DNA from: Candidatus Aminicenantes bacterium
GTDB taxonomy: Bacteria; Acidobacteriota; Aminicenantia; Aminicenantales; UBA4085
DNA length: 64,000 nt
Direction: 5' to 3'
Assembly: GCA_963715635.1 (NCBI GenBank)
Contig: OY970261.1
Location: 1,086,438 to 1,150,437, forward strand
This document shows positions 17,224-27,600 of the stretch, piece after piece. Under the pieces are notes generated by a model. The model had not been told where the DNA came from and did no database searches. It was given only the letters and a program-made list of their open reading frames with translations. Each line of letters starts with the position of its first letter. The stretch's first letter is position 1. Both the position numbers and the translations under genes were made by a program.

Positions 17224-20067
17224 ATGAGATTTTTTAAGAAAAACAGTCTGATGTTATTCTGCGTTGCGCTCATTTTTTTGGAGAGCAGCGAATTGCCGGC
17301 CGCCCAATCGGCTTCGGTGAAGCCTGTCGCGTTCGATTTAAAAGCAGGTCAGAATACGCAGCAATTTTTGCTGTTCAATGAACTCGTCCAGTGCACGATC
17401 TCTATTGAATCCAGCCGGCTCATTTCCGATGAGGTCAAAGCTCTTCCGCAATGGCTGTCTGCGTTCAACCCGTCCTCTGAGCTTACCGTTCAAACCGATG
17501 CCGATTTCTTGCTGGATGTGATGTGGACCGGCTGGACGGCGCCCGGCAAAGTGGACAATGCCGATAATCCCGCCGAACTGACTAAGCAGAATTTTCTGCT
17601 GACCGAGCATAAAATCCGCGAGCTGCAGGGTGGGGGCAAAGAGCTCGACCTTTTTTTCAGGGGCGTCCGCCGCATGCCGCTGGAGGTTTGTCTGACCTAC
17701 CGGCTCGAGCCGGATGCGTTTTTTGTTAAAAGAAAATTGGCCGTGCGGGCGGCCGCGCCTTCTCAAGCCGCCGCCTCTCGTCCAAGTGCCCGCGCCTCTC
17801 ACTTTCTTCGCTGGACCTGGCCGCGGCATGGGGTCATCCCAGGAAAGATCGATATCGTCAAGGCTGGCGGGTTCGGCCAGCCCTTCGCCTTTCAGACCGG
17901 CCCGGGCGGCTCATTTTTCGGCCTCGAGTATACGACATCAAATAATACCCTGCGCGCCCTGGACAATGGGAAAAGCGAGCTGGCCTGCGGGCAAGAGATC
18001 GGCCAGCTCATCGGCGATTCCTGGATTGAGAGCGAATGGGTCGTCGAAGCCCTTGCGCCCGAACCCTTTGTCAAAAAATGGTTCTGGAAATATGTGGACC
18101 GCATCCGTGTCGCCCCGCTCAAACCCTATATCCTTTACAACAGTTGGTACGACCTGAGGGCGCCGGAGTATGTGAAAAATCCGGAACGGAGCCTGACCGA
18201 AAAAAACCTCTTGACGACGATCGAATTTTTCCGGACACGGATGTTCGAAAAGCGAGGCTTGAGGCTGGATGCGTTTGTTTTGGATGACGGCTGGGACGTG
18301 TACCGGAGCGACTGGGTGTTGAATAAAGACCAGTTTCCTCGCGGTCTGACCCCTCTCGCCGAGGCGCTGAAGCCGATGGGGACGAGACTCGGCATCTGGT
18401 TCGGGCCGATCGGCGGGTACTCCAACCGGAACCTCCGCCTTGAATACATGAAATCACACGGCTATGAAGTCGTTGGCGATCAACTGTGCCTAGCCGGCAC
18501 AAACTATAAGGCGCTGCTCAAAAAGCGGACGACGGATTTTGTTCGCAACGACGGTGTCGGCTATTACAAGTGGGACGGCATTCAATTCTCGTGCAGCGAG
18601 CCCAACCACGGCCATCCCCAGGACATCTATTCGCGCCGCGCGGTGATGGAATCCTTGATCGAACTGGCCCGGGCCGTTCACGCGGAAAACAAGGATGCTT
18701 TTCTAAACGTCACCTCCGGCACCTGGCTCAGCCCCTGGTGGGTGAAATATGCCAATACCATCTGGATGCAGGGGTCGGACTACGGCTACGCGGATGTCCC
18801 TTCGATCAGCCTTAGGGACGGCGCGATTACCTACCGGGATTCTGTGCTTTATGACGGCCTGATCCACCAGGACTCCTGGTTCCCAATCGCCAACCTGATG
18901 ACTCACGGCCTGATCAAGGGGCACCTCCAAATGCTGGGCGGGAAGGAAGAAACCCTGGACAAATTCACGACTGAGGTGCTGCTCTATTTCGCCCGCGGCA
19001 TCGAGATGTGGGAGCTCTACCTCTCGCCGGACGTGCTGACGGAGGCTGAGTGGGATGCCCTGGCCCAAGGGATCCGCTGGGCCAAGGACCGCTTCGACAT
19101 CTTGAAATGGACTGACATGGTCGGCGGAGACCCGGATAAATTCGAGCCGTACGGCTTTGTCCATTTCGCCGGGACAAAGGGAATTCTGGCTGTTCGGAAT
19201 CCCGGAATGGAACCCAATTCCCTTTCCATCAGATTGGGCGTTTCTTATGGCCTGGCGGGTGATGCGAAAAACTTGGTCCTGGAGCGTGTTTATCCGAATC
19301 GATGGATATCTCCGCTGCTCTACCAGGCAGAGTCAAATGTTGAGCTTTCGCTCGAGGGCTATGAAACGGCCATCTATGAGGTCTATCCCTTGGAGGAGGC
19401 CAAAGAGCCCCTTGTCGCCGGGACGATTTTTGATGCGGCTATGAGTGGAAAAGACCGCTATAGGATTCAATGTTTCGATGCCGGCCAAGGAAGCAAGCTG
19501 TTCAACCCGCAGCTTGTCCGCTCCTTAAGATTCAGGGGAGCTCGGGTCGATCCTGAGCAATTCAAATTGGCCCAGCGGCCTATACTGAAGGCGGTCGCCG
19601 GGACGTCCTTTCAAGGGCAGGCCGGCCAGGGCCGGTATGTTGTTGGGGTGAAATTTATTCTTCAGTCGCCCGCCAAAGAGGGAGCCCTTGCTTTTTTGCT
19701 GCAGCAGTCCGGCGAGCCAACGCCCAACCGGAGGGACCCGGATGTCACGATTTTGTTCGACGGAAAAAAGGCCGAGGTCAAGACCGAAAATCAAAAGGGG
19801 AGCTGGAGTTGGTTCAAGATTAAGGTAAAGCCGGGGGCGCATTCGGCCCGGCTCGAGATCTCTCTTTCAAAGGATATGCAGGATTTTATGGGGAAGACAT
19901 CGGCTTGGCTGGTCGCGCAAGAAAAGCCGCAACCCGAAGAAATCCAGCTAGATTTAAGAAACGAGATCACTTTGTCGCGGGCGATGCCGCCGCTGCCGTT
20001 TCCCGTCGGAGTGATTGTCAAAAATTATAAGATCGGGGAGACGGCCATAGAAATCAATCGGCAATAA
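17224..20067 (+). CDS. large secreted glycoside hydrolase, GH-D clan (GH27/GH36-like alpha-galactosidase) catalytic core with extra N- and C-terminal domains, 947 aa
   Basis: FVLDDGWD motif (DDGW is typical of GH27/GH36 TIM barrels). Signal peptide. AAGGAGG RBS. Confidence 0.5.
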   Translation: MRFFKKNSLMLFCVALIFLESSELPAAQSASVKPVAFDLKAGQNTQQFLLFNELVQCTISIESSRLISDEVKALPQWLSAFNPSSELTVQTDADFLLDVMWTGWTAPGKVDNADNPAELTKQNFLLTEHKIRELQGGGKELDLFFRGVRRMPLEVCLTYRLEPDAFFVKRKLAVRAAAPSQAAASRPSARASHFLRWTWPRHGVIPGKIDIVKAGGFGQPFAFQTGPGGSFFGLEYTTSNNTLRALDNGKSELACGQEIGQLIGDSWIESEWVVEALAPEPFVKKWFWKYVDRIRVAPLKPYILYNSWYDLRAPEYVKNPERSLTEKNLLTTIEFFRTRMFEKRGLRLDAFVLDDGWDVYRSDWVLNKDQFPRGLTPLAEALKPMGTRLGIWFGPIGGYSNRNLRLEYMKSHGYEVVGDQLCLAGTNYKALLKKRTTDFVRNDGVGYYKWDGIQFSCSEPNHGHPQDIYSRRAVMESLIELARAVHAENKDAFLNVTSGTWLSPWWVKYANTIWMQGSDYGYADVPSISLRDGAITYRDSVLYDGLIHQDSWFPIANLMTHGLIKGHLQMLGGKEETLDKFTTEVLLYFARGIEMWELYLSPDVLTEAEWDALAQGIRWAKDRFDILKWTDMVGGDPDKFEPYGFVHFAGTKGILAVRNPGMEPNSLSIRLGVSYGLAGDAKNLVLERVYPNRWISPLLYQAESNVELSLEGYETAIYEVYPLEEAKEPLVAGTIFDAAMSGKDRYRIQCFDAGQGSKLFNPQLVRSLRFRGARVDPEQFKLAQRPILKAVAGTSFQGQAGQGRYVVGVKFILQSPAKEGALAFLLQQSGEPTPNRRDPDVTILFDGKKAEVKTENQKGSWSWFKIKVKPGAHSARLEISLSKDMQDFMGKTSAWLVAQEKPQPEEIQLDLRNEITLSRAMPPLPFPVGVIVKNYKIGETAIEINRQ

Positions 20068-20072
20068 ACATC

Positions 20073-20114
20073 GGGGACACGTACCGAATTCCAGAGAATT
20101 CGGAATATGTCCCC
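20073..20114. terminator. bidirectional terminator hairpin between convergent genes (GGGGACA..CCGAATTC-cagag-GAATTCGG..TGTCCCC)
   Basis: Only 54 nt separate the stops at 20067 (+) and 20122 (-). Hairpin followed by TTTT on the plus strand and U-rich on the minus strand. Confidence 0.55.
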
Positions 20115-20121
20115 ATTTTCT

Positions 20122-21606
20122 TTACAGTTCTTTGACGTAGATGTTTCGGAAATATGGCGGAGAGATGCTGTCGTGGTTCTGGAGCCCGATGTAGCCCTCG
20201 AGGGCATAATCCTTGACCTTTCCGCCCGGCTTGGCATCCCAATCGAGGATCAATTTCCCGTTCAATTCGACCTTGAGGTGTTGGCCTTTGAACTCAATCT
20301 TGAAATGGTTCCATTCGCCGGTCGGCAGGGAGGCAGTCATCGTCGGCGCTTCGACATCATAGGCCGCCCCGGTCACATGGATTCCCTCGCCCGCGTCATA
20401 GATCTGGATCTCGAAGGAATGATAGATGTAGTCGTCGCTGGTCGGGACTTCGGGAACCCGGATAAAGATCCCCGAGTTCGTCTCCTCCGTCGAGCACTTG
20501 AAGTCGCACTCGAGAATGAAATCTTTATACTTCTTGCCGTACCAGAGCAGGCCCATGCCGCCCTGGCCTTTGAGCACGCCCGCCTTCGGATCGACCTCGA
20601 AGTAGCCCGGGCCGTAATGGTTCCAGCCGTGTTTTTCGTAGCGGCCGCCGGCCTTTCGAAAAATCTGCTCGTAGCCTTCGTAATAGGTGATGCTCTTGAC
20701 ATAGTCGATGCTTTTTTTAATGGCGGGGCTGGGGTTGGCGGCCTCTTTCTCGGCCTCGTATTCCATCGTCAGATATCCGTCATAGTCCTGCAGGGTCAGC
20801 TCGGCCAGGATGTCGTGCATGTTCGCTTTGCCGCTGCCCCAGGGGACGTCATCGGTAGCCGGCGGCGGGCCGTAGCCAGTGCGATCTTTCAGGTGGGTAT
20901 CGATGATCCGGCCTTCGAGGAGTCTCAACGCTTCGAGCGGGTTGTTCATGCCCCGCATCCAGTGCCCGGTGTCGGCGCATGAGCCGATGCACTCATCACG
21001 GCCCTTGACGTGGTCGTACACGGTCTCGGGCTTGGCATATTTGTTGGGCTCAGGATGGTTATGGATGGCGATCTGAATATTATATTCCTTGACCATCTTC
21101 TCAAGGAGCGTGAAGTCGTCGTCCGCGGGCTCGGTCACGATCGTCCGGAAGCCCATCTTTCGCGCGAAACTAAAGACTTTTCGCATGCTCTCCTCGGTTG
21201 TGCCGATGTCGCAGACGCCGTAGGCTACGATAGAAACGCCTGCTTCCTTGAGCTTGGCTTTGATTTTAGCTAGCTGCTCGTCCGTCAGGTTGTCGTCAAA
21301 CTTGACGTTCGGGAATTCCGCTCCCAGGGCCTGCCCCGGATACGCCTGGGCATATTCCACGCCGAGCTCTTTGAGTTTTGCCAGCGTCTCCAAGAAACTG
21401 AATCTCCGGTAGGACCAGCACTGCACGGCGATGGGAAATTTCTTGATCCGGACATCCTTATAATTTGTGCTCTCGACTTGTTTTTGGATCTCGGGCGAAA
21501 AATGGCGGATCTGCGGCGCCGCCGCCTGCTGGCCAGGCGCTATTTGAATTGCAAGAAATATTAGAAAAGGAACGGCCACAAATAGAATTAAAGATTTCCC
21601 TCTCAT
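20122..21606 (-). CDS. secreted fusion protein: sugar-phosphate isomerase/epimerase (xylose-isomerase-like TIM barrel) + C-terminal DUF1080 (3-keto-disaccharide-hydrolase fold), 494 aa
   Basis: N-terminal signal peptide. TIM-barrel blocks (IVAYGVCDIG, IAIHNHPE, DTGHWMRG). C-terminal GIFIRVPE...FEIQIYD...GYIGLQNHDS...FRNIYVKEL is classic DUF1080. Confidence 0.75.
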   Translation of the reverse strand: MRGKSLILFVAVPFLIFLAIQIAPGQQAAAPQIRHFSPEIQKQVESTNYKDVRIKKFPIAVQCWSYRRFSFLETLAKLKELGVEYAQAYPGQALGAEFPNVKFDDNLTDEQLAKIKAKLKEAGVSIVAYGVCDIGTTEESMRKVFSFARKMGFRTIVTEPADDDFTLLEKMVKEYNIQIAIHNHPEPNKYAKPETVYDHVKGRDECIGSCADTGHWMRGMNNPLEALRLLEGRIIDTHLKDRTGYGPPPATDDVPWGSGKANMHDILAELTLQDYDGYLTMEYEAEKEAANPSPAIKKSIDYVKSITYYEGYEQIFRKAGGRYEKHGWNHYGPGYFEVDPKAGVLKGQGGMGLLWYGKKYKDFILECDFKCSTEETNSGIFIRVPEVPTSDDYIYHSFEIQIYDAGEGIHVTGAAYDVEAPTMTASLPTGEWNHFKIEFKGQHLKVELNGKLILDWDAKPGGKVKDYALEGYIGLQNHDSISPPYFRNIYVKEL

Positions 21607-21818
21607 CGAATCCTCCTCTCATCACGCTAAATAGTCGTCATTGAAAGCAACGATGCAGAGTGGGTGGCGCCGATCGGGGTGCCCCACGCCCGGAACGAAA
21701 ATATTTGCAGATAAGGTCCGATTTTTGAGATCCACGCCCATAGTCCCAAATATTTTCGTGAGGAGGTGGGGCTGGTCGGCGACAGGACCCACCCTGCATA
21801 TTGCTATCACCGACAACC

Positions 21819-23069
21819 TTATTTCCCCTTTGGGTTCCACGTCCCTTTGGCCACGGCCGGCACGAACATGTCGAGACCCGGCGGTGGGAAGGGGATGGTG
21901 GTTTCCTTTTCCGCGCTCATGTAGGCCGTCATTAACAGCTCGGTGACATTGACGCCGTCGCTGAAATTCTCTTCCGGCCGCTTGCCCGCCAGGAACGACT
22001 GGACCATGTGGCGGTTTTCGGCGATGTAGCCGTACTCGGTCTCTTCGTTGGCCACCACCGGCATGAGCCCGATCTCGGCATTCTGTTTTTCGACCAGGTC
22101 TTCGCCCTCCTTGCCTATGACGTTTCGGCTGAAGAAGACTTTGAGCCCGGAATCCAGCGTGTTGATCTGCAACGAGTATTCCGGCCCCAGCAACTCCATG
22201 GTCAGCCGCAGGCCGGCTCCGATATAGCACCAGGACGTCGTCGTTTCGACGATGACCTTTTTTCCCTTTTTATCTTTATACTCCACGAGAGACCGGGCAA
22301 AATCCTCAGCCGGCCTCTTGAGATAGTCTGTCTTGCCGCCGCTGTTCTTAGCCAGGATCGCCGCATAGTGCGGCTCCTGCCATTTCAGGCAATTCATGTA
22401 GGCCGTGACGCTGACGGGCTTAAGGACATTGCGCGGCGCGCCGGGCGGCGTCAGCATGAACCGGGCCTCTTCGACCGAGTGGCACATCATATCGTTGAGC
22501 ACGCCGCCGCCCTGGAGCGTGCCCTCCCAGAACCAGGGCATGTGAGGCCCGCTGTGTTCCTCGGCGGCCCGGGCGAGATAGGGGGGACCGGATATGGCGG
22601 CGCCGCGTGCCCAGACGATTTCTTTTCCCCTGACGACGGCGGGCGCAAAGACCTGGTTTTCCAGGTAGCCGTCGAGGAGCTTGGCCTTCCTGGCCAGCTC
22701 GAGCATGCGCCGCGCTTCCTTGACATTTCGTCCCAGCGGTTTTTCGCAGGTGACGCCGACGAGCTCGCCCTTGCCCTTAAGGACCGCCTGGGCGATTTCC
22801 TCCATGACCTCGACGCGGGTGTAGTTGGGCGCACCGATCCAGAGCGCGTCAATGGCCGGGTCGGCGATCATATCCGTTATCGACTTATAGGGCTTTGCTT
22901 TGCCGACCTTGAGTTTCCGCGCCAGGGCGACGGCTTCACCCGCGCGTTTTTCGTCCGGGTCGAAAATGCCCAGGATGTCCGCGTCCCGGATGCCCACCCA
23001 GGATCGGATGTGAAAGCGAGCGATGAAACCGCCTCCGATAATCCCAATGCCTAAATATTTCTTTTTCAT
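21819..23069 (-). CDS. Gfo/Idh/MocA family NAD(P)-dependent oxidoreductase (candidate glycoside 3-dehydrogenase), 416 aa
   Basis: GIGIIGGGFIARFH Rossmann motif and EKP motif (VTCEKPLGRN). Real start MKKKYLG at 23069; the 687-aa ORF in the track is a spurious 5' extension. Confidence 0.8.
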   Translation of the reverse strand: MKKKYLGIGIIGGGFIARFHIRSWVGIRDADILGIFDPDEKRAGEAVALARKLKVGKAKPYKSITDMIADPAIDALWIGAPNYTRVEVMEEIAQAVLKGKGELVGVTCEKPLGRNVKEARRMLELARKAKLLDGYLENQVFAPAVVRGKEIVWARGAAISGPPYLARAAEEHSGPHMPWFWEGTLQGGGVLNDMMCHSVEEARFMLTPPGAPRNVLKPVSVTAYMNCLKWQEPHYAAILAKNSGGKTDYLKRPAEDFARSLVEYKDKKGKKVIVETTTSWCYIGAGLRLTMELLGPEYSLQINTLDSGLKVFFSRNVIGKEGEDLVEKQNAEIGLMPVVANEETEYGYIAENRHMVQSFLAGKRPEENFSDGVNVTELLMTAYMSAEKETTIPFPPPGLDMFVPAVAKGTWNPKGK

Positions 23070-23089
23070 AGTTAACCCCTTTTTTGTTA

Positions 23090-24310
23090 TTAAGCCTGCG
23101 CCGGCGTTTCGGCCGGGCCTTTCTTTTCCTTGAACAGCGCCACGAAGGCGACGGCACAGACAAGCGTCAGGACCGTCGGCACCCAGAAGACATTTCTCCA
23201 GTTCGTCACCTTTTCGACAGTGAAAAGACCCTGGATCCATCCCGAAAAATTGCTCCCGATGAAACTGCCGAGTCCCAGGATGATGACGGCAATCAAGCTT
23301 TGGGCCGAGGCGCGGATGTCCTTGGGCGCGATCATATCCACGTAGATATAGGCGGCCGTGAAGAAGAACACGTAGCAGAAGCCGTGGAGAGACAGCGAAG
23401 CGACGACCAGCCAGGCGGGCGTCCCGATGACGAAGATGATATAGCGGAGCGGCCAGGCCAGGACGCCAAGAACCATCGTTTTTTTGATGCCGTATTTGGG
23501 GAGGAAGTAGGGGAGGAGAAGGGCCATGACGAAGATTTCGGCAACCTGGGCGATGGTCATGACGCCTGAAAGCCAGGATTCGGTCACGCCGACTTTGGGC
23601 GAAGTGAGGAAAGGCGCCGTCAGGACATAATAGAATTGAAGCTCCGTGGCGACAATAAAAGCGATGATGGTGAAGACCAGGAAGTTCTTGTCCTTGAGCA
23701 TCTTGATGGCCTCCAGGAAAGCCCAGGGTTTGGCGCCTTCTTTTTTCGGCGGCGTATGCGGAAGCCCAAAGGCCAGGAACCCCATGATGACTGAGAAAAT
23801 GCCGGCCAGAAACAGCGTGTCTCCGTTGACGGCAATGGCCGAGACCGATTTGGCGGCCAGGCGCCATCCCACGAGCCCCCAACCCGCCGCAATCCAGCCG
23901 ATCGTTCCCCAGACCCGGATCTTGCCGAAATCCTTTTCCGAGTTTTGAAGATTAATGAAAGCGATGGAGTTCGTCAGGGCCAGCGTCGGCGCATAGATGA
24001 GGCAGTAAATGAACATCACCCAAATAATGGCCGAGTAGGATGCGACGGCCGAGCCCAGAACCAACAGGATGCCGCCGGCGATCTGCATGAAGGCGATCAC
24101 TTTTTGGGTGGGGAAGTAACGGTCGGCCAGCTGGCCGCCGATAAAAGGCGCGATGATCGTGGCGATCGGCAGCAAGCTGTAGATGAAACCGGCCTGGGGG
24201 CCGCTGAACCCCAGCGTATTGATCAAATAGGCCGAGAGCACCGGGAACCAGGAGCCCCAGATCGCGTACTCCAAGAACATCATGATGCCAAGGCGGAATT
24301 TTGCGTTCAT
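23090..24310 (-). CDS. MFS transporter, nucleoside:H+ symporter (NupG/XapB-like) family, 406 aa
   Basis: MNAKFRLGIMMFLEYAIWGSWFPVLSAYL resembles the NupG N-terminus. ATG 24310 preceded by GGAGG. 20 nt downstream of it sits the Gfo gene start. Confidence 0.65.
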   Translation of the reverse strand: MNAKFRLGIMMFLEYAIWGSWFPVLSAYLINTLGFSGPQAGFIYSLLPIATIIAPFIGGQLADRYFPTQKVIAFMQIAGGILLVLGSAVASYSAIIWVMFIYCLIYAPTLALTNSIAFINLQNSEKDFGKIRVWGTIGWIAAGWGLVGWRLAAKSVSAIAVNGDTLFLAGIFSVIMGFLAFGLPHTPPKKEGAKPWAFLEAIKMLKDKNFLVFTIIAFIVATELQFYYVLTAPFLTSPKVGVTESWLSGVMTIAQVAEIFVMALLLPYFLPKYGIKKTMVLGVLAWPLRYIIFVIGTPAWLVVASLSLHGFCYVFFFTAAYIYVDMIAPKDIRASAQSLIAVIILGLGSFIGSNFSGWIQGLFTVEKVTNWRNVFWVPTVLTLVCAVAFVALFKEKKGPAETPAQA

Positions 24311-24528
24311 ACCCTCCTTCCTTTTCATGAAGAATTCATTGGGGATGATAGGGCGAAGCCAAAAATATATAAATTTCGACGCTTTGTCAAATGGGCTCGG
24401 GGCAAGCGCTTCATTAAAGGAGAAGGGGGTCCTGTCGCCGACCAGCCCCATCATCCTCGCTGAAAAATTTGGGTATATATCCAGGACTGCTGAATTGACA
24501 GAATGTATCCCAAATTTTCGTCAGCTGC

Positions 24529-24569
24529 GGTGGCTGGGGCGCCCGGTCGGCGCCACCCCACTTTTTTTT
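24529..24569 (+). terminator. plus-strand intrinsic-terminator-like GC hairpin (GGTGGC..GGCGCC..GGCGCC..ACC) followed by T8, inside a divergent intergenic region
   Basis: Read directly: GC-rich self-complementary segment 24529-24559, then tttttttt at 24562-24569. No plus-strand gene ends upstream (the upstream gene is on the minus strand). Confidence 0.45.
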
Positions 24570-24683
24570 AATCGCGCATTGCCCCTCGCCCGACAAAAAA
24601 AAGAAAAAATGAATATTACACGCTCTAGTTTGACTTCGGATGGGAAAAATATTATGGTAGAGTCACGGCAGGCAATCACGGCT

Positions 24684-27600
24684 ATGAAATGCCCTCAGTG
24701 CCAGTTTGAAAACCCCGGAGACACCCGTTTCTGCGGCAGCTGCGGGGCACCCCTTCGTCCTTCCCAGGAGAGCGTCTCGGCCCGCACAGAAACCATGCAA
24801 ACTCCAAGAAAAGAACTCGCGTCGGGCAGCCTGTTTGCTGGCCGCTACCAGGTCATTGAAGAGCTGGGAAAAGGCGGCATGGGCAAAGTCTACAAAGTAT
24901 TGGACAAAGATCTGGATGTGAAAGTCGCCCTCAAACTCCTGAAGCCCGAGATCGCCTCCGATGAAGAGACGATTGCCCGCTTCCGGAACGAGCTCAAAGT
25001 CGCCCGCACCGTCACCCACAAAAATGTCTGCCGGATGTACGATTTCGGGAGGGCCGAGGGCACGTACTTTATCACGATGGAGTATGTCCCCGGCGAGGAC
25101 CTCAAGAGCACGATAACTAGAGTCGGGCAGTTGAGTGTAGGGAAGACGATCGCCGTTATCAAGCAGGTCTGTGAGGGATTGGCCGAAGCCCACCGGCTGG
25201 GTGTTGTCCATCGGGACCTCAAGCCCCAGAACATCATGCTCGATCGAGAGGGAAACGCCCACATCATGGACTTCGGGATCGCCCGGACCTTTCGGACGAA
25301 AGGCCTCACGGGCGGCAACGTGATGATCGGCACGCCCGAATACATGTCCCCGGAACAGGTCGAAGGGAAGGACATCGACACGCGCTCGGATATCTATTCT
25401 CTCGGCATCATTCTTTTCGAAATGCTGACAGGAAGAATTCCTTTTGAGGGTGAATCTGTTTTAAGCGTTGCCCTCAAACAGGAAACCCAGCCGCCCCCTG
25501 ATCCGAGAGCAATTAACAGCCAGATTCCGGAAGACTTCAGCCGCCTGATTCTCAAGTGCCTGGAAAAAGAAAGAGCCAAGAGATTCCAGAGTGCTGAAGA
25601 AGTATTGGCTGAGCTGGCCAAGATTGAAAAAGGCGTCCCCACGACAGAGCGGGTGATTCCCCGACCCACGCGCCTCGCCTCGAGGGAAATCACGGTCAAA
25701 TTTACCCTGAAAAAGCTATTTGTTCCCGCCCTCATTGTCATAGCGGTTGTTGCGGCAGGGCTGTTCGCCCTCTTCTTGATCCCCAAAAAAGAGCCGGCTA
25801 GACATTCCATTGCCGTCATCAGCTTTAAAAATCAAACGGGCGACAAGGCCTTCGACTATCTCCAGGAAGCCATTCCCAACCTTCTGATCACGAGCCTCGA
25901 GCAGTCCAAATATCTGCGGGTGACGACATGGGAAAGGATGAAGGACATCCTCAGGCAGTTGGGCAAAGACGCCGGAGGCCTTATCGATGAGGATCTTGGG
26001 TTCGAGCTCTGCCGAAAGGAGGGCATCGAGGCGATCGTTATCGGAAGCTTCGTCAAGGCCGGAGAGATGTTCGCCACGGACACCAAAGTCCTGGAAGTGG
26101 AGACGAAAAAGCTCGTCAGAAGCGCCGGCGCCAGGGGCGAAGGCGTCGGAAGCATTCTTAAAAGCCAGATCGACGATCTGAGCCGAAATATCTCGCGGGG
26201 CATCGGATTATCGGAGCGCAAGATTGCCGCGGCAGCCCCGGCCAGGATCATCGATCTCACCACCAATTCGATGGAAGCCTATAACTATTTTTTGAGGGGC
26301 CGGGACGATTATGAAAAGTTTTTTTATCTTGACGCCCAAAAATTTTTGAAGAAGGCCGTCGAGCTTGACCCGACCTTTGCCGTGGCTTGCCTCTACCTGG
26401 CCAGGGCCAGCGCAAATTTGGTTGATTTCAAGGCCCGGGATGAAGCTCACGAGATCGCCAAAAAATATTCTCAGAAAGCCACTGAGAAAGAGAGGCTTTA
26501 CATCGAGGCCTCTTACGCCAACATTATTGAAAGGAACCCGGAGAAGAGATTCCGCATCCTCTCCGAATTGGTCAAAAAATTTCCTGAAGAAAAATATGCC
26601 CATTCCGAGCTGGGTGACTATTATGAAGACCAGGGGCAATATCGGGAAGCCATCGAAGAGCTCGACAGAGCTATTGCGCTTGACCCGAATTTCGGCTTTG
26701 CCATCAATCAAGCCGCCTATGACTATGCGCGGACGGGCAATATTGAAAAGGCCGTCGAATACTTCGAGCGTTATGCGTCCGTCAATCCTGGACTCCCCAA
26801 TCCCATAGACTCCATTGCCGAGTTGAACCTGCGCATAGGAAAACTTGATGAGGCCATCGCGAAATACAAGGAAGCCTTGGCCATTAAGCCCGATTTTTAT
26901 CGCTCTTGCGAGGGGCTCGCTTATATTTTTGCCCTGAAGGAAGATTACGCGGAGACGATGAGCTGGGTTGAGCAATTTGTCGAGGGGGCGCCGACTCCAT
27001 CGGCGAAATGGGAAGGAATTTGGCTGAAAGCTTACTTTGACTATTTCCTCGGCCGTTGGGATCGATCTCTGGCAGAATACCTTGCCTTGAAAAAGCAGGC
27101 TGAAAAGGCGGAATTTTCGTATGGGGTCGCAACGATAGACTGGATCACAGGATATATTTATTCGGATCTCGGGCAATTCGACCTAGCCCGAAGATCCTTC
27201 AAAGGATGGATCGATTATAATTTCAAGCAGAATCCGTCCACCAGGACTTCTGATGCGGCGCGAGACGGTTTCCAGTGCGCATGGGTAGACCTTAGACAAG
27301 GGCGAATAGAGGCCGCGAAAGCTAAGCTTAAGGAAATTGAATCCCTCCTGCCTGCAGTGGATTCAGCCAATAAAAAGGATATGACATTTCTTTATGAGCT
27401 ACTCGGTACGGAGGTTTGGCTGGCGGAGGGTTCCATCGATAAAGCCATCGCCCTTGCCGAAAAAATCGTTCCTTTGGACCCGCCGCTGATGCAAACGGCA
27501 AGCCTGGCCTTCACCAACCAGCCCTTCCTCAAAGACGTTTTGGCGCGTGCTTACTGGAAAAAAGGCGAGTTGGACAAAGCCATCTCGGAATACAAACGGC

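Noticed and set aside
21819-23882. 687-aa ORF in the track suggesting a much larger Gfo/Idh/MocA protein
   Set aside because: The N-terminal 270 aa are Arg/His/Pro-rich nonsense. A clean start MKKKYLGIGIIGGG at 23069 gives a canonical 416-aa oxidoreductase, and the upstream region is occupied by the real MFS gene 23090..24310.
24282-24683. Upstream 134-codon in-frame extension of the kinase ORF
   Set aside because: It contains a terminator-like hairpin with T8 and AT-rich promoter-like sequence, and lacks kinase-related or conserved-looking sequence. The zinc-ribbon start MKCPQC at 24684 (or 24609/24654) is more plausible.
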